32,000 nt of DNA from Sinorhizobium meliloti (GTDB lineage: Bacteria; Pseudomonadota; Alphaproteobacteria; Rhizobiales; Rhizobiaceae): positions 1,410,001-1,442,000 of the forward strand of contig NZ_JAGIOS010000001.1 of NCBI RefSeq assembly GCF_017876815.1, given 5' to 3'. The translations under genes and the position numbers were made by a program. The notes beneath the pieces are model-generated. The model saw nothing but the letters and a program-made list of their open reading frames with translations. It was not told where the DNA came from and searched no databases. This document shows, piece by piece, positions 27,196 through 32,000 of this stretch (its first letter is position 1; each line of letters begins with the position of its first letter).

Positions 27196-28353
27196 ATGCT
27201 GCAAAAGACTTTTGAGGGCGGCAACGATCAGAGAGGGGTCGCCCATCCGGTGCCGACCGGGCGCGACACACGCCTCGACGTTTTTCGGGCCCTCTGCCTG
27301 CTGACCATCTTCGTCAACCATGTGCCGGGCCAATATCTCGAATATCTGACGCACAAGAATTTCGGCTTTTCCGATTCGGCGGAGGCCTTCGTGCTGATTT
27401 CCGGCCTGTCGGTCGGGGCGGCCTATTCCGGCAAGTTCCTGGCCGGCGGCCGGCTCGCCCTCACGCTGAAGATATGGCGGCGCGCCCTGGCGCTCTACGT
27501 CGCGCACATCATGACGAGCGTGGTGACGCTTGCGATCTTCGCCGGCGGGGCCCTCTATTTCGGCCGTCAGGAGCTGATCGGCGAGATCAACATCCGGCCG
27601 ATCGTCGAGCAGACGGAGCAGGGGATCGTCGCCATGGTGCTGCTCGGGCACCAGCTCGGCTATAACAACATTCTGTCGATGTATGCGGTGCTGTTCCTGC
27701 TGCTGCCCGGCTTCCTGTGGCTGAATGCCGTCCGCCCCAGATTGCTGTTCGCGTTTTCGGCGACGCTCTGGCTCGCTGCCGGCTGCTTCAAAATGGTGCC
27801 CTATAACTTTCTCGACGACGGCTACTGGTTCCTCAATCCCTGGTCCTGGCAGTTCCTGTTCGTGATCGGCATCCTGTGCATGAGCCATGTGCGGCGGGGC
27901 GGCAGTCTGCCGCGAAGCCCCTGGCTCCTTGGCATTTCCGTCGCCTATCTCGCGATTTCCGCCTTCTGGGTGCTGTTTTCCTGGTGGAACATCGACCTCT
28001 CCTTCGGGCTGCCTGCGGTGCTGACCGGCTTCGACAAGACCTTCCTGTCGCTGACGCGGCTGCTGCATGTGCTGGCGCTCGCCTATATTCTCGCAACCGT
28101 TCCCGTCTTCAGCCGGCTGACGCGGGTCGGAAGCAACCATCCCCTGGTGATGATCGGGCGCCATTCGCTTGCCGTCTTCATCTTCGGGACGATCCTCGCA
28201 ATGGCGGGCCAGGTGCTGCTTCTCGTCACCGACCGGGACCGGATCATCGGCACAATCTTCGTCATCGGCGGGATCGGCCTGCACTTCGCCTATGCCTATT
28301 ACCTCGAATGGCTGAAGGAAGTGTCCGTGGCGCCGCCGCTGAAGGCGGCGTAG
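27196..28353 (+). CDS. opgC: OpgC-family integral membrane acyltransferase (candidate cyclic-glucan O-succinyltransferase)
   Basis: 385 aa from ATG 27196. The N-terminal motif GRDTRLDVFRALCLLTIFVNHVPG matches what I recall for the OpgC family. About 10 hydrophobic segments run through to the C-terminus. No obvious Shine-Dalgarno, so the start is moderately uncertain. Confidence 0.75.
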   Translation: MLQKTFEGGNDQRGVAHPVPTGRDTRLDVFRALCLLTIFVNHVPGQYLEYLTHKNFGFSDSAEAFVLISGLSVGAAYSGKFLAGGRLALTLKIWRRALALYVAHIMTSVVTLAIFAGGALYFGRQELIGEINIRPIVEQTEQGIVAMVLLGHQLGYNNILSMYAVLFLLLPGFLWLNAVRPRLLFAFSATLWLAAGCFKMVPYNFLDDGYWFLNPWSWQFLFVIGILCMSHVRRGGSLPRSPWLLGISVAYLAISAFWVLFSWWNIDLSFGLPAVLTGFDKTFLSLTRLLHVLALAYILATVPVFSRLTRVGSNHPLVMIGRHSLAVFIFGTILAMAGQVLLLVTDRDRIIGTIFVIGGIGLHFAYAYYLEWLKEVSVAPPLKAA

Positions 28354-28410
28354 TGGATAAGCTTTAGCCGCATGCGAGAGGGAGAGGCCCCCTCCCGACG
28401 AGGCGCTCTG

Positions 28411-29523
28411 TCACAGTCCGCGCAACCGTTCGATGAACTTGCCCTTGCGCTCATGACGCTCGCGGATGTCGGTGAGCCGGCGGGAGAAATCGGCGGCGGT
28501 GCCTTGCTCGGCGGAAAGTAGCGCGAGGTCTGCGAGCAGTGCAGCGGCGCTGTCGTAACCCGGGGCGTTGCGGCGTTCGATCTCGCTTTCGATCTCACGC
28601 CAGACATCCTCGCCCCTTTGTTTCAGCTGACCGAGGCGAACGCGGCGCGCCCTTTCAGCCTCCTCGGCCTTGCGGCGCTCCTCGGCCCGCAGCCGTTCGG
28701 CTTCGGCACGTTCGCGCAAAGCGCGGATTTCGTGCGCCCTGGCGCGCAATTCGCCAGCCGTCCGGCGCGGCCGCTCGGAACCGTTGCGTTGCGCGCGGAC
28801 GCGCTGGAGCAATTCGGGGCGGACATTGGCGTCGCCTTCCATCACACGGAGGAGAAGTCTGGTCCTTTCATCCTCGGCAAGGCCTTCGACGAAGGCGCGC
28901 GATGCGCCGGGCGTCTCTTCCTCCTCATAGGGAGCGGCCGCAGCCGCTTCCACGAGATCGGAATCTATATAGAAGAACTCGGCCGCAGCCTCGAGCGCGC
29001 CCGTGAGCGGACCGATGCCCGGCAAGGGCTCCGGAGCGTCGTCCGAAAGCTCGCCTTCTTCAACGGCCAAAAGCCAGAGGAGATAGAACAGCCTGAGATC
29101 GCCTGACAGGATATCGCCGCGCAGTGGAGCAAGCGCGGAAAGCCGGCCCTCGCCGCTCTGGTCGTCATAATCCGCCTCATCGTCGCTACGGCAAATGTCG
29201 ATTATCATGTGCCCGCCATGATTCGACACCGTCACCCAGTCGACTTCGTCCAGAAACGCACCCAACGCGTTTCGGTCGAATAGCCCCGTCGGCACACGAA
29301 TCATCAGTTGCCGCGTGCCCCAATTGGCGAGATAGAGGTGCAGGTCGAAGAAGCGTTCCATCAGCTGCTTCGGGTTTCCCTTGAAATCGCCCCACTCGTA
29401 ATAGTTCGTGAAGCTCGTCGCGGAGATCCGCGCCCGCGAGGACAAGTCGCGCAGCATCCCTTGCTCGGCCTTCGTCAGCGGCCTGTCGATCGCCTGGAAC
29501 TCGTAGAACTGATATTCGCTCAT
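28411..29523 (-). CDS. Hypothetical cytoplasmic protein, 370 aa (N-terminal globular domain, acidic linker, C-terminal Arg/Glu-rich predicted coiled coil)
   Basis: Intact ORF with a GGGAGA Shine-Dalgarno about 6 nt before the ATG and GC3-rich codon usage like its neighbours. There is no TM segment or signal peptide. N-terminus MSEYQFYEFQAIDRPLT. Acidic run SDDEADYDDQSGEG. Charged repeat region RALRERAEAERLRAEERRKAEEAERARRVRLGQLKQR. I do not recognise a characterised family. Confidence 0.7.
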   Translation of the reverse strand: MSEYQFYEFQAIDRPLTKAEQGMLRDLSSRARISATSFTNYYEWGDFKGNPKQLMERFFDLHLYLANWGTRQLMIRVPTGLFDRNALGAFLDEVDWVTVSNHGGHMIIDICRSDDEADYDDQSGEGRLSALAPLRGDILSGDLRLFYLLWLLAVEEGELSDDAPEPLPGIGPLTGALEAAAEFFYIDSDLVEAAAAAPYEEEETPGASRAFVEGLAEDERTRLLLRVMEGDANVRPELLQRVRAQRNGSERPRRTAGELRARAHEIRALRERAEAERLRAEERRKAEEAERARRVRLGQLKQRGEDVWREIESEIERRNAPGYDSAAALLADLALLSAEQGTAADFSRRLTDIRERHERKGKFIERLRGL

Positions 29524-29529
29524 TCAAGT

Positions 29530-29548
29530 CTCCCGCATCGGTGCGGAG
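29530..29548 (-). promoter_or_regulatory. Hairpin pairing the Shine-Dalgarno of the 370-aa gene with an upstream CUCC anti-SD
   Basis: The minus-strand RNA reads CUCCGCA-CCGA-UGCGGGAG, a 7-bp stem with one bulged G and a tetraloop. The 3' arm contains the GGGAG Shine-Dalgarno that precedes the ATG at 29523. Confidence 0.3.
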
Positions 29549-29695
29549 CGGCAGCCCCAGTGCTTTTCACCCGCGGACAGTCTTTTCCCGATCGTCGTGG
29601 AGGTGCAAGCCGCGGGCGCGATTATCCCCAAGCGCTCCGGTCGTGCCGGCAGCGCGGTGCGCCTGCCGCCGAATGGGCGGCCGGACCTTCCCGGT

Positions 29696-29724
29696 CAAAC
29701 AAAAATGCCCCGGAGCCGGGGCAT
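29696..29724 (-). terminator. Rho-independent terminator of ndvA
   Basis: The minus-strand RNA reads AUGCCCCGG-CU-CCGGGGCAU followed by UUUUGUUUG. It begins 25 nt downstream of the ndvA stop (29749-29751) and separates ndvA from the 370-aa gene. Confidence 0.75.
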
Positions 29725-29748
29725 TTCGTTGCAAATCCAGTGAGGCGA

Positions 29749-31506
29749 TCACGCCGCCGTAAGGCTCTTGCGGACATCCTCGTCCGTCAGGATACCGCTG
29801 GCGCGAAGCAGCGCGGCGAAGCGGCCGTTGCTCTGGCTGAGTTCGTGGAAGCCGCCCATTTCCACGACCCGACCCTGATCCATGAAGATGACCAGATCGG
29901 CTTCCCGCACGGTCGACAGGCGGTGGGCGATGATGAAGGTCGTCCGGTCCTTGCGCAAGGCGTCGATGGCATCCTTGACGCGGGCCTCGGTCTCGACGTC
30001 GAGCGCGCTGGTCGCCTCGTCGAGCACCAGGATCGGCGCATTCTTCAGGATCGCGCGGGCAATCGCGACGCGCTGGCGTTCGCCGCCCGACAGGCGGTTG
30101 CCGCGTTCGCCGACGACCGTGTCGTAGCCGTTGAGGCGGTCCTCGATGAAGTCGCTCGCGGCGGCGGCCTCGGCGGCGGCCATCACCTCGTCCAGAGAGG
30201 CGTCCTCACGGCCGAGGCGGATATTTTCGCCGATCGAGCGGTTCATGAGGCCGGCATCCTGGAAGACCGTGGCGATCGACCGGCGCAGCGACTTGCGGGT
30301 GACGGTCGCGATGTCCACGCCGTCGATAAGGATCTGGCCGTGTTTCGGCTCGTGGACCCGCTGCAGGAGGTTGACGAGCGTGGTCTTCCCGGCACCGGTC
30401 GGGCCGACGATGGCGATCGTCTGGCCGGCCTTCGCCTTGAACGAGACGTTGCGTACGCCCTGGGCCGAGTTTGCGAAGTCGAAGGAAATGTCCCTGAATT
30501 CGACCTCGCCGACGACACCTTTCAGTTCCCCGGCATCGGCCGGTTCCTCGCGGTCCTGCACGGAATCCTCGAGCTGGAAGAAGTCTTCGAGCTTGGCGCG
30601 GGCTTCGAAGATTTGGGTGGCGAAGGCCTTCATCTGGTCGAGGCGGCCGATCAGCAGATTGGCGAAGCCGATGAAAGCGATCACTTCGCCGACGCCGAGC
30701 TCGCCGCGCTGCACCAGCACGGTGCCGATGACGAGGATCGCCATCATCGAGATCGTCGATGCGATGCGGTTGAGGCCGCTCGCCAAAGCCCACCAGTCGA
30801 GCACCGGATATTGGGCCGACAGCAGGCGCTGCGTGAACTTCTTCAGTTCGCGCGTTTCAGCCTCGATCCGATTGTAGCTGTGAACCACCGAAACATTGCT
30901 GATCGAGTCGGACACGTGCGAGAAGACCGTGTGGTAATGGCCCTCGACGGCAGCCTGGCCCTCCTTCGTGCGGCTCATCACGACCTTGCTGATCATCACA
31001 TAGGCCGCACCGAGCACCACGAGGATGAGCGACAGGCGGACGTCCATAGCAAAGGCGGTCGGAATCAGAAGCATGAGCGCCACCGCCGTCGCCAGATGCT
31101 GCCGCATGAATTCGAGCCAGAGGCCGAAGAGCGTCTCGCAGGCGCGCAGCAGCGTATGCAGCGCATTGGAGGTACCGCGCTGGCTGTGCCATGAGAGAGG
31201 CATCGAGACGATCCGGCCGAAGGCTTCGGTCAGGAGCGAAGCGCGGCGACCATGCGCGAGACGGTCCGCCTCGCGGGAGACGAGCACGAAGGCGATCGTA
31301 TTGAAGACGCCGAAGCCCGCCCACAGGAGCAGCATCGGCGCGACGTCCTTCTGTGACGAGATCGCGTCGATGATTCGGCCGAACAGAATCGGCTCCGCAA
31401 TGGTGATGGCAGCCAGGACGATATTGGCTATGACGATCGCCCCGACGCGAAACTTGTGGACAGCAAGATACTGAAGCGCTCTTGCATACACCTGAAACAA
31501 GGACAC
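29749..31506 (-). CDS. ndvA: Cyclic beta-1,2-glucan export ABC transporter (fused permease/ATPase)
   Basis: N-terminal six-TM exporter domain plus an ABC domain (Walker A GPTGAGKTT, signature LSGGERQRVAIARA, Walker B ILVLDEATSALD). Near-collinear with A. tumefaciens ChvA as I recall it. I prefer the GTG start at 31506 (SD AAGGGGTGA 4 nt upstream, product VSLFQVYARAL.. aligns with the ChvA N-terminus). The longest ORF starts at ATG 31599 (616 aa). Confidence 0.93.
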   Translation of the reverse strand: MSLFQVYARALQYLAVHKFRVGAIVIANIVLAAITIAEPILFGRIIDAISSQKDVAPMLLLWAGFGVFNTIAFVLVSREADRLAHGRRASLLTEAFGRIVSMPLSWHSQRGTSNALHTLLRACETLFGLWLEFMRQHLATAVALMLLIPTAFAMDVRLSLILVVLGAAYVMISKVVMSRTKEGQAAVEGHYHTVFSHVSDSISNVSVVHSYNRIEAETRELKKFTQRLLSAQYPVLDWWALASGLNRIASTISMMAILVIGTVLVQRGELGVGEVIAFIGFANLLIGRLDQMKAFATQIFEARAKLEDFFQLEDSVQDREEPADAGELKGVVGEVEFRDISFDFANSAQGVRNVSFKAKAGQTIAIVGPTGAGKTTLVNLLQRVHEPKHGQILIDGVDIATVTRKSLRRSIATVFQDAGLMNRSIGENIRLGREDASLDEVMAAAEAAAASDFIEDRLNGYDTVVGERGNRLSGGERQRVAIARAILKNAPILVLDEATSALDVETEARVKDAIDALRKDRTTFIIAHRLSTVREADLVIFMDQGRVVEMGGFHELSQSNGRFAALLRASGILTDEDVRKSLTAA

Positions 31507-31758
31507 TGTCTCACCCCTTTCGGGTATCGGAATTGGCGCCGCAACGGCACGATGCGGCAATGCGTTGCGTCTTGAACCGACGGCAAGGATGATCTTCATC
31601 CACCTTGCGTGCCGGCAAAGCCGCGGGTGACGGCCTTTGCGTTCTTCCCAAAAAACGCGGTAGACGGGGCGGATCAGCGAGAAGGATCATCCGATACCAT
31701 GGGAGGGTTGGCGGGATGATTCATCGTTAGCTATCTTGATGCCTCGACTCCGAGTTTT

Positions 31759-31773
31759 TGCAGGTTTCCTGCA
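31759..31773. promoter_or_regulatory. Perfect dyad TGCAGG-TTT-CCTGCA in the ndvA/LuxR-type divergent region (candidate LuxR-type box)
   Basis: Perfect 6-bp inverted arms lie about 113 bp upstream of the ATG at 31886. The TGCAG/CTGCA half-sites resemble tra-box half-sites, but with different spacing. Confidence 0.25.
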
Positions 31774-31885
31774 AGACCGGGCGTGATATGAAGAATTATC
31801 GCGGTTGCAACATGAATGGCTTCTGAACGGCGTATTCACATGGCCTGGCGGGTTGCGCGGCGCGTTTTTGATTTGAGGATGCTCT

Positions 31886-32000
31886 ATGAATATTACGTTG
31901 CTCGTACAGTTTCTGGCGCTACTGGAAGAGATGAAGACGCGCGAGGAGATCCTGCCCGAGTTCGAGCGCCTGCTCGACCGCTGCGGTTTCGACTTCTACG
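31886..32000 (+). CDS. expR: LuxR-family quorum-sensing regulator, N-terminal fragment (3' end outside the window); probably ExpR
   Basis: A GAGGA Shine-Dalgarno lies 6 nt before the ATG. The translation MNITLLVQFLALLEEMKTREEILPEFERLLDRCGFDFY has the ..GFD.Y motif typical of the start of autoinducer-binding domains. The position next to ndvA matches my recollection of the S. meliloti expR locus. Only 38 codons are visible. Confidence 0.6.
   Translation, partial: MNITLLVQFLALLEEMKTREEILPEFERLLDRCGFDFY

Noticed and set aside
28376-28397. A weak GGGAG..CTCCC hairpin between the convergent OpgC-like and 370-aa genes, considered as a possible terminator or repeat fragment
   Set aside because: The stem is only about 5 bp, there is no U-tract on either strand, and the match to the mosaic repeat arms is too short to call.
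29308-31194. A 628-aa plus-strand ORF overlapping ndvA and the start of the 370-aa gene
   Set aside because: It runs antisense to ndvA, whose Walker and signature motifs are unambiguous on the minus strand. It spans the ndvA terminator and an intergenic region and has no motifs.

Overview
High-GC alpha-proteobacterial chromosomal DNA. From memory of the NdvB, NdvA, AatB and ExpR-like protein sequences it looks like Sinorhizobium/Ensifer meliloti or a close relative; no database search was run. All genes look intact and tightly packed. I found no tRNA, rRNA, CRISPR array, transposase, integrase or phage gene. Order of contents: (1) a CUT1-type sugar ABC transporter (binding protein truncated at the window edge, two permeases, ATPase). 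It is translationally coupled to a GMC flavoprotein and an SDR, and followed by a second GMC (choline-dehydrogenase-like) oxidoreductase and a MOFRL-type glycerate kinase. (2) An omega-amino-acid:pyruvate aminotransferase divergent from an HTH-cupin (PuuR-like) regulator. (3) A four-gene minus-strand operon divergent from a LysR regulator. Its genes are DUF1338/HglS 2-oxoadipate dioxygenase-decarboxylase, an FAD-linked D-2-hydroxyacid dehydrogenase, an ALDH7-type piperideine-6-carboxylate dehydrogenase and an AatB-like aminotransferase. On paper this is a complete piperideine-6-carboxylate to 2-oxoglutarate (lysine catabolism) route. (4) The cyclic beta-1,2-glucan locus: the giant synthase ndvB (8.5 kb), an OpgC-family membrane acyltransferase, an uncharacterised 370-aa cytoplasmic protein, the exporter ndvA, and the 5' end of a LuxR-type gene (probably expR). 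Three intergenic regions carry related nested-palindrome mosaic repeats (RIME/Sm-repeat-like), which create spurious ORFs in the track. Most long antisense ORFs, including a 2165-aa one opposite ndvB, are high-GC artefacts. The items most worth follow-up are the orphan 370-aa gene inside the ndv locus, the OpgC-like gene as candidate glucan succinyltransferase, the HglS operon with a reinterpretation of aatB, and the ndvB and ndvA start-codon questions.
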